From assembly GCA_964057225.1 (NCBI GenBank), contig OZ059894.1:7378001-7442000 (forward strand): 64,000 nucleotides of DNA, read 5' to 3'. The notes under the pieces are model-generated. The model was not told the origin of the DNA, did not search any database, and saw nothing but the letters and a program-made list of their open reading frames with translations. The DNA is from Auanema rhodensis. Its lineage: Eukaryota > Animalia > Nematoda. This document shows, piece by piece, positions 11,216-23,448 of this stretch; position 1 is the first letter of the stretch, and the number at the start of each line of letters is the position of its first letter. A program made the translations under genes and the position numbers.

Positions 11216-12977
11216 ATGTCAGATAGGAAACTGAAACTTTTGTTATATTTAAGTATCGAATTGAAAAGAAACAAAACATTTTTTTTGCTTCGTCTTAAAG
11301 CTCTTTTCAAAACGAAAAAAATCAATGTATGTGTAAGAAATAAATGAATGAATGATATACAAGTTCAATCATACATATAATAATTAACGAATTCACACAA
11401 CTAATCTGGGAATAAAACTAAAAACTAAAGCATTGTCAGAGCAAAGAAGTATGTTGGTTCATTTTGTTTCAACTATAAATGAGAAAAGGAGAACTTCAAA
11501 ATTAAAATTTTTATGGCTATTGTCTTTTCTTGCAGTGGATTTGTCAGTGAACTTCATAAACCTCGAAAAAAAGAGTAGCCAAAGGAGGCAATTAGAAAAG
11601 AAGCCCAATTAAGATTCTTGTTTGTATGACACCAACTACTGGAAAAAAAGTATCGGATCGAAAGATGTTCAAGTAATTGAAACGAGTTCTGAGAATACTT
11701 TGTGAGCTCAATCAATTCCAAGAAAGAAAATTGTTGAATTTTGAAAATAAAAAATTGTTCCTATCTTGTGTGAAAATGTGAAAAAAAAATGAAAAAAAGA
11801 TTATTTTTGAATGGCATCTACTGTAAATTTTGCAAGTTATAGAGACAATTGAAAAATGAAGAGCTTGTATCACTTATGTTATATTGTAAACGAGACGTAA
11901 AAACCAAAGGATGTTTTTAGAATTTATTAATCCCTCCCATCCTGGCTGTCAGTCTCCACCTCTTTTTTTCTCCCTCCTCCCATAAATTACATCGTCACAA
12001 ATACTGAAAACAACTATATTAAAAATGGAAAACATTAAAAGTATATAAAGAATATTGAAGAAAAAAATTGTATGAAACACAAATAGATATAAGTAGAATT
12101 TTGCGTGTTAACTATGGAAAAAGTATATTATAGTTAATATTATTATATCCATAAATATGTATTATGCTGATTGAAATAATTTATTGAAAAAAAAATAATT
12201 ATGAAAAAAACAATAAAAATAGAATATTTAAAGGAAATATTTTATTTCTAGTTCATTGATTTCAAAATAAGAAAAACCAATTGTATATAGTTGTTGAAGA
12301 GAGTGAGAGTAAAAGAATCAATTATATTTTGATAACAATCTGTGAATGAGCATCCTCGTATGCAATAGTTTGAGTTGGCTATATCTCCATTATCTTATCT
12401 AGCTTTGAAAGCCATTTTCTTTATTAATTATTTTGGTTTATTCAGTATAATTGAATAGACTACCAATATGAATAAGAGATGTAAGGTTTCAATCTATAAC
12501 TTTAGCAAATGTTGGAAGAAAAAATATTTGAATAAGATAAGGAAATGATTAAAGATGCTTTAGATAGGGTTACTTCATGTTGACACTGAAACGTGATTCG
12601 AAGCATTTATTAAATAGATCCGTATTGGTGTAGTAGTATAGTAAAATGCTTTAATATTCTTATTCAGACAGCTATATACAATACTTCATTTTTTCAAAAA
12701 TTAAACTAAAAACAGGAAGTTCAAATTTCGATCAAGTTTCATGAAATTGTTAATTCTATAGCTTTGAAGAAATAAAATGAACAAATATCTATTCGCTTAG
12801 TTGAAAGCATATGAATGACAGATTTCTTGAAAAAATACATTCATACATGTATGTATATGTCTAAAGAAAAGAAATTTTCATCATTGAATATATAGATACA
12901 TATGTATGTATGTGATATATAGATGAATATATAAAATATATATAATTTATAATAATATGTATAGTTAATTGTGTATG

Positions 12978-13966
12978 TAATATACATATATATGTCTATA
13001 TATCCATATTATAACTCCGATTTCATCTTTCATCTGTAAAAATGTTTCAATTAAATATCCAGGTTCTTGGGCTCATTGCTTATCGTTTAGGATCTGCGCT
13101 CATTGGTCAGCTATTAACGATAGCTATTCTTTGATTAGTTCAAAAGTTGAAAGTAGAAAATTAAAGTTGAAGAAACTTCGATTAGGAAAAATAGTTCACG
13201 AAAGCTTGTGGAGTCTGGAAATAAACTGCACGTTTCAATTCTTCTTCATTAGCCCACTTCATACGGGAAAAAGGAGAAGCTATGGTTTTGCGAAAACAAA
13301 AAGAGGAAGAAATCCTTCCTTATCCAGAAAATTCGTTTTCACTATATTCAGCAAGCAAATTCATTATTTTTTGTATTCTTCTTTCTGCCTTTCTCGTATT
13401 AAAAAGAAAGAAGATGGTTGAAATTGATTAAAATAATATTTATTTTTCATTGAAGTTTAAGAAAATATAACGACCTTCACAAAACAGTTAAACATGTATA
13501 ATTTCTTTCTTTTTTTTGTTCAAAAAAATAATCTCCATGAAATCTGACCTTATAATAAAGATGTCTCATACTCTTCTCGTAGAACTGATTGAAATATCTG
13601 ACAGATAACTCTTGTGTATTTTCATTTAAGGAAAATAAATGATTAAGACTTAGAGTTTGATTGATTTTATCGCCGTGGCTCCGATTCAAGGGGGAGGGGT
13701 AAAAAGCCCGAGAAAGTCTTGTCAACGCTAATAATGTCATTTGTAAGATACCGGTTTCCAAGTTTGTAACAGACAAGTTATGTTTCCGTTCTCTCCTCTC
13801 CCCTCTCTCTCTTCTTATCTCTCTCCCTCTGTCTGTGTTCCTCTCCATCTCTCTTTAGTAAAAACTAGTAGTATATATACGAGGGATTATAATACCATAC
13901 ATCTCAGTAAGTGAATTTTTGAAGAACTAAAAAGTGCTTATCTTTTTTATAATTTTTATACATTTT
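12978..13966 (+). repeat. Inverted duplication arm A (989 bp)
   Basis: Reverse complement of 17894-18882 (paired coordinates sum to 31860; mirrored ORFs 13131/18729 and 13477/18383). One substitution seen. Confidence 0.95.
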
Positions 13967-15075
13967 TTTTAGATGGCTCTCCATCATATGATTCCCAGTT
14001 TTGCTTTCACCATATCAAATAACCTAACGTATGATCTCTTATTTAATATTTTTGAATTATTATTCAAATATACCGCATTGAAATTAGAGAAAAATATAAT
14101 TGAAAAGATTTATTTTGAGAATTCAGGAAAAATTTTCGTGTATTCATTAAACGTTACATAGAATTTGGATGGAGTACTTATTGAAAATGAAGAAAACAGT
14201 TGATACAACAGAAAGAATTGATAGGAACCTCATGATTTTAAGAAAAATATTCAAAACCTTTGAAATGCGGAAATGACGCCATCTGAAGGTCGTTAGGTAG
14301 GTGAGGGGTACGGGTTACTGTAAGCGAGGTCCAGAAATGAATAGTCTTTAGATTGGGACGAAAAGCGAAAAAAATGAAGAGAGAAAAGAAAGAATGGAAG
14401 AAAAGTAAAGAGGAGAAAACGTTAAGTGATAGGTAATCATCATAAAAACCTCATCATCACGTATTATTAGAGAAAAACAATAAGTCAAACAATAGGACAA
14501 GTTGTGGTTTCTGTTTCCTAAAAAGGACATCTGATACACAGTGTACCTGTAGGTCTTCAGGACCGGTATGATTTGTTGTTTTGGAGGCAAGAACAAGAGG
14601 AGGTTGAAATACTTCTTCCAAGAAGAATTATGAGGGAATAAAAAACCTACAAAAAGAGCGGGAAAAATTGAATGAAGAAGAGAATTACAAAATGTATATA
14701 TAGTAAGAAAAGTTTAAATAGTATATATACGAGGGATTATAATACCATTTTGACATCTCAGCCGTTTTAGACACATTTTCATTCTTTGAAGTCAGAAAAT
14801 CACCTCATTTACAACACTTTTTTGAAAGAAGTGAGAAGTAAGTGAATTTTTTGAAGCACTAAAAAGTGCTTATCTTTGATAATTTTCATACATTTTTGAT
14901 CAATTTTCTGTTAAGATGTCGATTTCATTTTTAATTTCTTATTTTCATGCTTAAATGTTATATTTTCATGTCACTTTCATACTTTTTACAAAATTGATGA
15001 ATGTCGATGTATGTCGATTTTTTTCACCAAGTGGTAATATAAAAATAGAGCCTAATAAATGACTAATCTGAAAAA

Positions 15076-15450
15076 AATCTACCAAGTCTTACAAATCTTA
15101 AACTTCTGACTTTAGTAGAAAAATTAGAAATCAAGAAGGAATCTTTATGAGAAACATTTTACCATCACAAGGAATTAGAGAAAAAGAAGTAGGAATTGTA
15201 AATTTAGATTCTTTAAATATTAAAAAAACTCATTGGGTTTGTTATTCCGAAATGAAAGATAAAATACATTATTTCGATTCTTTTGGACTTGATCCTCCAT
15301 TAGAACATCAAGAATAATTGAAGACCTCAAAAGGGAAGATAAAATAGAACTCTCAACATTTCAAATTCAAGAATTCAATACACATCACCGTGACTATTAC
15401 TGTTTACTACTCTTTAAATTATTAGGAAAATATGAATTTCAAAAATCAGT
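15076..15450 (+). pseudogene. Maverick/Polinton adenovirus-type cysteine protease pseudogene
   Basis: Translates as NLPSLTNLKLL../GIFMRNILP..EVGIVNLDSLNIKKTHWVCY...YFDSFGLDPP..*/STFQIQEFNTHHRDYYCLL. THWV, YFDSFG and QIQ motifs are present; the catalytic CG reads RD; stop and frameshifts present. Confidence 0.85.
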
Positions 15451-15453
15451 AAT

Positions 15454-16898
15454 CTATCTGATGTGAATACCGTCATCCATTACAACACCTTTTGGATACA
15501 CAGGAGATAAACCGGTTTTATTCAATTCATAAGTTTTCATCGTCTTATCAATAAATCTAAAACCTTTGTTCCTTCCATTAATCAACTCATTATTCATTAA
15601 GCAACTGAGGTATTTCTCTTTAGTTAATATGTTTTTATTTCTATCTTTTTGGATTCCTTTGGCTGAGAGTTTATTCTCTTTATCATTCCAAACAAAATAA
15701 GTTCCCATCCCAACACCTTCAAATCCAATTTTGAACAGACATGTGGTTCTTTTATCAAATGTTTTGAAATCTGGTCTAGGAAAAAACTTATATTTGTTCT
15801 TCTCGAATTCTTCTCTTATATGTGGTTTAATAATACTTTCAAAATTTCCAGAAAGAGTCATATATGATGAATCTGTATCCATTATTATCCATAATTGAAT
15901 TGCAACATTCTCAACTTAGAATTATCGTACACACTACAAGCAATTTGAATTGGCATGTTTTGCTTAACTTTTTTTGATTTCTTAACCACTTCATATGTTC
16001 CATCATATTCTTTAGCATCATAGTAAAAATAATCATTTTTAGCTCTATTGAACTGTATTTCATCCCACATTTTCACTTTTCTATGTTTATTCTTATCCAT
16101 TCCAGTTACTATAAAGGCAGAATTTCCAACTAGTTTAGCTCCTCCAGGAATTATAGCATACTTTTGATCAACATCTCCTTTACGTCTTTCATCAGATACC
16201 CAATTCATAAAAAAAATTTTTAAATTTTCCTCGTTTAGCTTCTGGTACCTCAACGTCAACTTCTAAAAATCCAAAAAAGGAGAATGTATCACTCATCAAA
16301 GTTCTCTCATAGAACGAAAAATCATTGGTTTTTGTGTTCCGCAAGGAATTTCTTCAACAAGACACCATAGGTATAACGCATGAGCATCAAATCCAACTAT
16401 TTTCTTAACTGTTTTACCGTTTTTGTCATAATACCATTCCTTTTTATTTTTATTGTAGTGTACTCTTGTAATTTGGGTTTTATCGTTTTCATGATATCTA
16501 TGAGATACTATTGAAGCTCCGCCAGTTATATTACTTTTAAATTTATAAAATGCTTCTTTATTTTCTTCTCCAAAAAGCCAAATCATGGGATGATCTTTTT
16601 CCCAACTTAGAAGAGCTTTATGTCTACAAAACTCTTTGAATAATTTATCGGATCTCGATTTATTACAAAGAATACAACAAGCAACACTTGACTCTTGGAA
16701 CAATCAAATCTATCAAGATACCATGTATCTCGCTTCAAAAAGAAGCATCAATAGAAACATTTATAATTTTCTTTTTTTGAAAATGCTAACAACATCTTCA
16801 ACTTGTCATCTGTTCATCTATTTAATTATTTATCTTGTTTATAGTAGTTGTAAATCCTTTTTTCAATAATTTCTTCATCTATTTTCAAAGTGTAAGAA
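15454..16898 (-). pseudogene. Protein-primed family B DNA polymerase pseudogene (Maverick/Polinton/adintovirus type), left copy
   Basis: Fragments with ITGGASIVSHRYHE, VGFDAHALYLWC (motif A), AKLVGNSAF (motif B), PIQIACSVYDNSKLRML, MDTDSSY (motif C) and SAKGIQK, broken by stops, frameshifts and deletions. Confidence 0.92.
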
Positions 16899-16933
16899 GT
16901 TCATCATTTAAATTTTATTGAATATCTTTACAG

Positions 16934-17720
16934 ATTGTGTGCTCGCGGTTCCTTTTTTTCTGATGGGAGACTAATTCGTTTCGGTAAGTTCAACTATAAT
17001 TTTGAAGTTTTGGATTTTTTTATTTTTGTAATGAAAACACAATTTAAGCTTAACATTGTTTAATCATTAGTTTTTAATAATTGGTTTTCATTTTCAGCTC
17101 CATTTCCGTTGACCTCGATACTCGTAGAGTAGTCGTTGATTTTCTTCACAATGCTTTAAAAAAAATTCAAACAAAGATGTCACGTCACACAGGTTCGGAT
17201 AAACTTTTTTTTTACCGCATAAAATTTTGTAAATAATAATGCCATTGGAGAAATTCAGAGGCTTTTTTAGTTTTATCTAAAAAAAATTTTGTTTAGTTCG
17301 TGGAAAGTTGGATCCGACTTTGTTCACTACAGCGATCAACGAGGTTGTGATTCTTCTACTTATAAGAATGATAAATTACAGCACTTGATGCAAGAACATA
17401 TACATAATATTTAATGTCTAATAATAATTTGTTAAGAGGTCATCGTTGCGGTCAATTTTGCGACGACTCTCGAATTTGGTCAAGGCTGCTTGCATTCTCG
17501 CGGGTCTGGTTCAGATTGGTATTTTTTTATATTATCTTATAAAGAGTTTTAAAATGTTCTTATATTTTACTTTTTGATTACAGACATGTATTTATTTTGT
17601 TTTTAGGTCTGGCGGCCAACAACGAAGAAGAGGATGCCTTGGAGCAAGTCAAACAGACTGCGCGACATCGTCAACAACATTGTAGCTGCTTCAACTCCTT
17701 GTGCCTCCTCCACCGATTAA
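16934..17720 (+). pseudogene. Intron-containing gene remnant of unknown family inside the Maverick derivative
   Basis: GC-richer blocks bounded by TTACAG/TTTCAG/TTTAG acceptors and GT donors (about 16934-16983, 17098-17191, 17297-17343, 17437-17518, 17607-17720). I could not recover a clean continuous frame. Confidence 0.4.
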
Positions 17721-17893
17721 AATTATTTGTATTGATACCTTTTTATGTAAATTTCGTTTATTGTCTTAAATGAAGTACCTAAAAGTCTGGTAGATATGGT
17801 TTTGTATAATCAAATTTAGTTTTTCGACGTTCGGTTTTAACAGACTTTAGGGTAACATGTATGCTTGTTTCTTAAAACAACAGAATATTAATC

Positions 17894-18882
17894 AAAATGT
17901 ATAAAAATTATAAAAAAGATAAGCACTTTTTAGTTCTTCAAAAATTCACTTACTGAGATGTATGGTATTATAATCCCTCGTATATATACTACTAGTTTTT
18001 ACTAAAGAGAGATGGAGAGGAACACAGACAGAGGGAGAGAGATAAGAAGAGAGAGAGGGGAGAGGAGAGAACGGAAACATAACTTGTCTGTTACAAACTT
18101 GGAAACCGGTATCTTACAAATGACATTATTAGCGTTGACAAGACTTTCTCGGGCTTTTTACCCCTCCCCCTTGAATCGGAGCCACGGCGATAAAATCAAT
18201 CAAACTCTAAGTCTTAATCATTTATTTTCCTTAAATGAAAATACACAAGAGTTATCTGTCAGATATTTCAATCAGTTCTACGAGAAGAGTATGAGACATC
18301 TTTATTATAAGGTCAGATTTCATGGAGATTATTTTTTTGAACAAAAAAAAGAAAGAAATTATACATGTTTAACTGTTTTGTGAAGGTCGTTATATTTTCT
18401 TAAACTTCAATGAAAAATAAATATTATTTTAATCAATTTCAACCATCTTCTTTCTTTTTAATACGAGAAAGGCAGAAAGAAGAATACAAAAAATAATGAA
18501 TTTGCTTGCTGAATATAGTGAAAACGAATTTTCTGGATAAGGAAGGATTTCTTCCTCTTTTTGTTTTCGCAAAACCATAGCTTCTCCTTTTTCCCGTATG
18601 AAGTGGGCTAATGAAGAAGAATTGAAACTTGCAGTTTATTTCCAGACTCCACAAGCTTTCGTGAACTATTTTTCCTAATCGAAGTTTCTTCAACTTTAAT
18701 TTTCTACTTTCAACTTTTGAACTAATCAAAGAATAGCTATCGTTAATAGCTGACCAATGAGCGCAGATCCTAAACGATAAGCAATGAGCCCAAGAACCTG
18801 GATATTTAATTGAAACATTTTTACAGATGAAAGATGAAATCGGAGTTATAATATGGATATATAGACATATATATGTATATTA
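17894..18882 (-). repeat. Inverted duplication arm A'
   Basis: Reverse complement of 12978-13966. Confidence 0.95.
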
Positions 18883-18893
18883 ATATATATTAC

Positions 18894-20468
18894 ATTCTAC
18901 ACTTTCAATTTAGATATGTATGAAAACGCTGTGTCTCCATCAGGTTTGAGTGAACATATTTTATATCAAATTCAAGCATTCACAAGATTTTGAAAAGTAC
19001 CTAAAGCAAAGATCTATAAAATGTTCTTACACTTTGAAAATAGATGAAGAAATTATTGAAAAAAGGATTTACAACTACTATAAACAAGATAAATAATTAA
19101 ATAGATGAACAGATGACAAGTTGAAGATGTTGTTAGCATTTTCAAAAAAAGAAAATTATAAATGTTTCTATTGATGCTTCTTTTTGAAGCGATATACATG
19201 GTCTCTTGATAGATTTGATTGTTCCAAGAGTCAAGTGTTGCTTGTTGTATTCTTTGTAATAAATCGAGATCCGATAAATTATTCAAAGAGTTTTGTAGAC
19301 ATAAAGCTCTTCTAAGTTGGGAAAAAGATCATCCCATGATTTGGCTTTTTGGAGAAGAAAATAAAGAAGCATTTTATAAATTTAAAAGTAATATAACTGG
19401 CGGAGCTTCAATAGTATCTCATAGATATCATGAAAACGATAAAACCCAAATTACAAGAGTACACTACAATAAAAATAAAAAGGAATGGTATTATGACAAA
19501 AACGGTAAAACAGTTAAGAAAATAGTTGGATTTGATGCTCATGCGTTATACCTATGGTGTCTTGTTGAAGAAATTCCTTGCGGAACACAAAAACCAATGA
19601 TTTTTCGTTCTATGAGAGAACTTTGATGAGTGATACATTCTCCTTTTTTGGATTTTTAGAAGTTGACGTTGAGGTACCAGAAGCTAAACGAGGAAAATTT
19701 AAAAATTTTTTTTATGAATTGGGTATCTGATGAAAGACGTAAAGGAGATGTTGATCAAAAGTATGCTATAATTCCTGGAGGAGCTAAACTAGTTGGAAAT
19801 TCTGCCTTTATAGTAACTGGAATGGATAAGAATAAACATAGAAAAGTGAAAATGTGGGATGAAATACAGTTCAATAGAGCTAAAAATGATTATTTTTACT
19901 ATGATGCTAAAGAATATGATGGAACATATGAAGTGGTTAAGAAATCAAAAAAAGTTAAGCAAAACATGCCAATTCAAATTGCTTGTAGTGTGTACGATAA
20001 TTCTAAGTTGAGAATGTTGCAATTCAATTATGGATAATAATGGATACAGATTCATCATATATGACTCTTTCTGGAAATTTTGAAAGTATTATTAAACCAC
20101 ATATAAGAGAAGAATTCGAGAAGAACAAATATAAGTTTTTTCCTAGACCAGATTTCAAAACATTTGATAAAAGAACCACATGTCTGTTCAAAATTGGATT
20201 TGAAGGTGTTGGGATGGGAACTTATTTTGTTTGGAATGATAAAGAGAATAAACTCTCAGCCAAAGGAATCCAAAAAGATAGAAATAAAAACATATTAACT
20301 AAAGAGAAATACCTCAGTTGCTTAATGAATAATGAGTTGATTAATGGAAGGAACAAAGGTTTTAGATTTATTGATAAGACGATGAAAACTTATGAATTGA
20401 ATAAAACCGGTTTATCTCCTGTGTATCCAAAAGGTGTTGTAATGGATGACGGTATTCACATCAGATAG
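18894..20468 (+). pseudogene. Protein-primed PolB pseudogene, right copy (extends about 130 bp further N-terminally)
   Basis: Mirror of the left copy plus unique upstream sequence reading FYTFNLDMYENAVSPSGLSEHILYQ, which resembles the D-M-F..S.PG-L segment of Polinton PolBs. Confidence 0.9.
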
Positions 20469-21954
20469 ATTACTGATTTTTGAAATTCATATTTTCCTAA
20501 TAATTTAAAGAGTAGTAAACAGTAATAGTCACGGTGATGTGTATTGAATTCTTGAATTTGAAATGTTGAGAGTTCTATTTTATCTTCCCTTTTGAGGTCT
20601 TCAATTATTCTTGATGTTCTAATGGAGGATCAAGTCCAAAAGAATCGAAATAATGTATTTTATCTTTCATTTCGGAATAACAAACCCAATGAGTTTTTTT
20701 AATATTTAAAGAATCTAAATTTACAATTCCTACTTCTTTTTCTCTAATTCCTTGTGATGGTAAAATGTTTCTCATAAAGATTCCTTCTTGATTTCTAATT
20801 TTTCTACTAAAGTCAGAAGTTTAAGATTTGTAAGACTTGGTAGATTTTTTTCAGATTAGTCATTTATTAGGCTCTATTTTTATATTACCACTTGGTGAAA
20901 AAAATCGACATACATCGACATTCATCAATTTTGTAAAAAGTATGAAAGTGACATGAAAATATAACATTTAAGCATGAAAATAAGAAATTAAAAATGAAAT
21001 CGACATCTTAACAGAAAATTGATCAAAAATGTATGAAAATTATCAAAGATAAGCACTTTTTAGTGCTTCAAAAAATTCACTTACTTCTCACTTCTTTCAA
21101 AAAAGTGTTGTAAATGAGGTGATTTTCTGACTTCAAAGAATGAAAATGTGTCTAAAACGGCTGAGATGTCAAAATGGTATTATAATCCCTCGTATATATA
21201 CTATTTAAACTTTTCTTACTATATATACATTTTGTAATTCTCTTCTTCATTCAATTTTTCCCGCTCTTTTTGTAGGTTTTTTATTCCCTCATAATTCTTC
21301 TTGGAAGAAGTATTTCAACCTCCTCTTGTTCTTGCCTCCAAAACAACAAATCATACCGGTCCTGAAGACCTACAGGTACACTGTGTATCAGATGTCCTTT
21401 TTAGGAAACAGAAACCACAACTTGTCCTATTGTTTGACTTATTGTTTTTCTCTAATAATACGTGATGATGAGGTTTTTATGATGATTACCTATCACTTAA
21501 CGTTTTCTCCTCTTTACTTTTCTTCCATTCTTTCTTTTCTCTCTTCATTTTTTTCGCTTTTCGTCCCAATCTAAAGACTATTCATTTCTGGACCTCGCTT
21601 ACAGTAACCCGTACCCCTCACCTACCTAACGACCTTCAGATGGCGTCATTTCCGCATTTCAAAGGTTTTGAATATTTTTCTTAAAATCATGAGGTTCCTA
21701 TCAATTCTTTCTGTTGTATCAACTGTTTTCTTCATTTTCAATAAGTACTCCATCCAAATTCTATGTAACGTTTAATGAATACACGAAAATTTTTCCTGAA
21801 TTCTCAAAATAAATCTTTTCAATTATATTTTTCTCTAATTTCAATGCGGTATATTTGAATAATAATTCAAAAATATTAAATAAGAGATCATACGTTAGGT
21901 TATTTGATATGGTGAAAGCAAAACTGGGAATCATATGATAGAGAGCCATCTAAA
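19024..21954 (-). repeat. Inverted duplication arm B'
   Basis: Reverse complement of 13968-16898; includes a copy of the Maverick TIR ending at 21205. Confidence 0.95.
20472..20846 (-). pseudogene. Maverick protease pseudogene, mirrored copy
   Basis: Reverse complement of 15076-15450. Confidence 0.85.
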
Positions 21955-22247
21955 TTCGTATATTTTCAGTAATATATTCAGTTCTCTAAGTCGATTTTTC
22001 TCAAATTGAATTGTTTTTTCCTGCTAATGAGCGAGGCTCGAACGTTAACCTCGATTGTTAGCAATTACGATCTCCCTCTTTTTGATAATATGATTAATTT
22101 GATTAACATCAACAGGAATCTGATCATCAGAAAATTCAACATTTAAACCTCCTATAGACAATTTGTTTTATATTTTGAGAGATTGAAATTAAGATCTCGA
22201 CGATGATCAGGTTTCGAGCATGTAAATCATCAATTTGAGATTAATGA

Positions 22248-22646
22248 AAACTCGTGAAATGGCAATCAGAAAACAAAATATGAAGGTGGAACAGCAGAAT
22301 CAGTTGATAACAGATATGAAGAGGAATTGGAGGAGACAGAAAATGAGAGAAAATTGCAAAAAGAGAGGAGAGAGGCCATTGAGAGAGAGGAGAAACGAGA
22401 GAAGATATTGATACTTTGGACTGAGGCACACAAGAGTTCTTAGCAACTTTAACTGAAAAAAAAACGGCACAGGCAGCATGACGATGTCGACAATGGCGAA
22501 AGAGAAGATAAATCAACCTGCGAACTCCTATGCTACTTCAGATTCAGACGAGGTTCTTAGCAAGTTTCTTTTTTTCAGAAATAAGAAGAATTTTGAGAGA
22601 GGAGAATGATAGAGGTGTTTGAAGAAATATTCAACATTGATATGCA
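22248..22646 (+). repeat. ~400-bp direct repeat, copy 1
   Basis: AAACTCGTGAAATGGCAATC...CAACATTGATATGCA, near-identical to 24445-24842 with a cluster of substitutions mid-repeat. Confidence 0.92.
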
Positions 22647-23417
22647 AAATTTAGAGCTTCGTCAAAGTTGTTAATGCTTGTTAAAATTTGAAAATCAGAA
22701 AAAAACGGAAGCGTTTGTATCATTTTTTATTTGAAGATGAGTTTTATTAAACATATCATGCTTATATTCTTGTGCAGATCTGTTCAGCTACCGTGTTTTA
22801 GTTACTTTTTGAAAATTTCATAAATAGAGGAATGTGTTGATTATGTTTGGACTGCTGATACTTAACTGGGTTCTACTATATGAATGATACGACGACAGAT
22901 ATAAAGCGAGAGAAAAGATAAAAAAGAGAAAATAAAAGAAGAGAAAACATAGAGTCAGAGAAAGAGGGAAGAAAATAGAAAAAGAGGATTGAATAGAAGA
23001 AAAGAAAAGAAATAAGAATGAGGTCTTCTTTATCTTTTCCTTCCCCATCTTCTTCATTTTCATCTTCTTCTTTCTTCATATTCAAGGAATTGAAAAGGAA
23101 GACTGTTTGTCTCCGGAACCTGCAACCATCTCGTCGATGATACTCAATCAGCCTATCAATGTAATCGCTAGTTTTGTCAGCATTACGATGACCATATTTG
23201 GTCGAACGACGACGACAACGAAGACGCTGACAAAACCTAGGACATCGACCATCGACAATGACGATGACGATGGACTGTCTTGACTGACTCTTCAACTGTT
23301 TTCAACATTTCTTTCCTCATCATATTTTTCTATTTCATCATATCATCATCGTATATTTACTCTATTACTTTTCGTTTTCATTTTTTTTGGGGAAAAAATT
23401 GTTTGTCAAAAAAAATA

Positions 23418-23422
<5 letters not shown>

Positions 23423-23448
<26 letters not shown>
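23423..23448. repeat. (TA)n microsatellite
   Basis: Direct reading. Confidence 0.9.

Larger units (their letters stand above)
13968..16898 (+). repeat. Inverted duplication arm B (2931 bp)
   Basis: Reverse complement of 19024-21954 (coordinate sum 35922; six mirrored ORFs). At least 3 substitutions seen. Confidence 0.95.
14717..17993. mobile_element. Internally deleted Maverick/Polinton-family element
   Basis: Left TIR 14717-~14912 starts AATAGTATATATACGAGGGATTATAATACC. Right TIR ~17879-17993 reads AGTAGTATATATACGAGGGATTATAATACC on the minus strand and carries an internal deletion. Flanks AGTTTA/AGTTTT give a 5/6 match to a 6-bp TSD. Contains adenain-type protease and pPolB remnants. Confidence 0.75.

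Noticed and set aside
13877-13900. TA-TACGAGGG read as a mariner MITE terminus
   Set aside because: Homology extends outward to AGTAGT/AATAGT with a 6-bp TSD candidate and adjacent Polinton genes, so a Maverick TIR is preferred (not fully excluded).
13131-14596. ORFs 13131-13421, 13477-13848, 13973-14161, 14348-14596 and their mirrors
   Set aside because: Their recurrence is due to the inverted duplication, not conservation; low-complexity translations.
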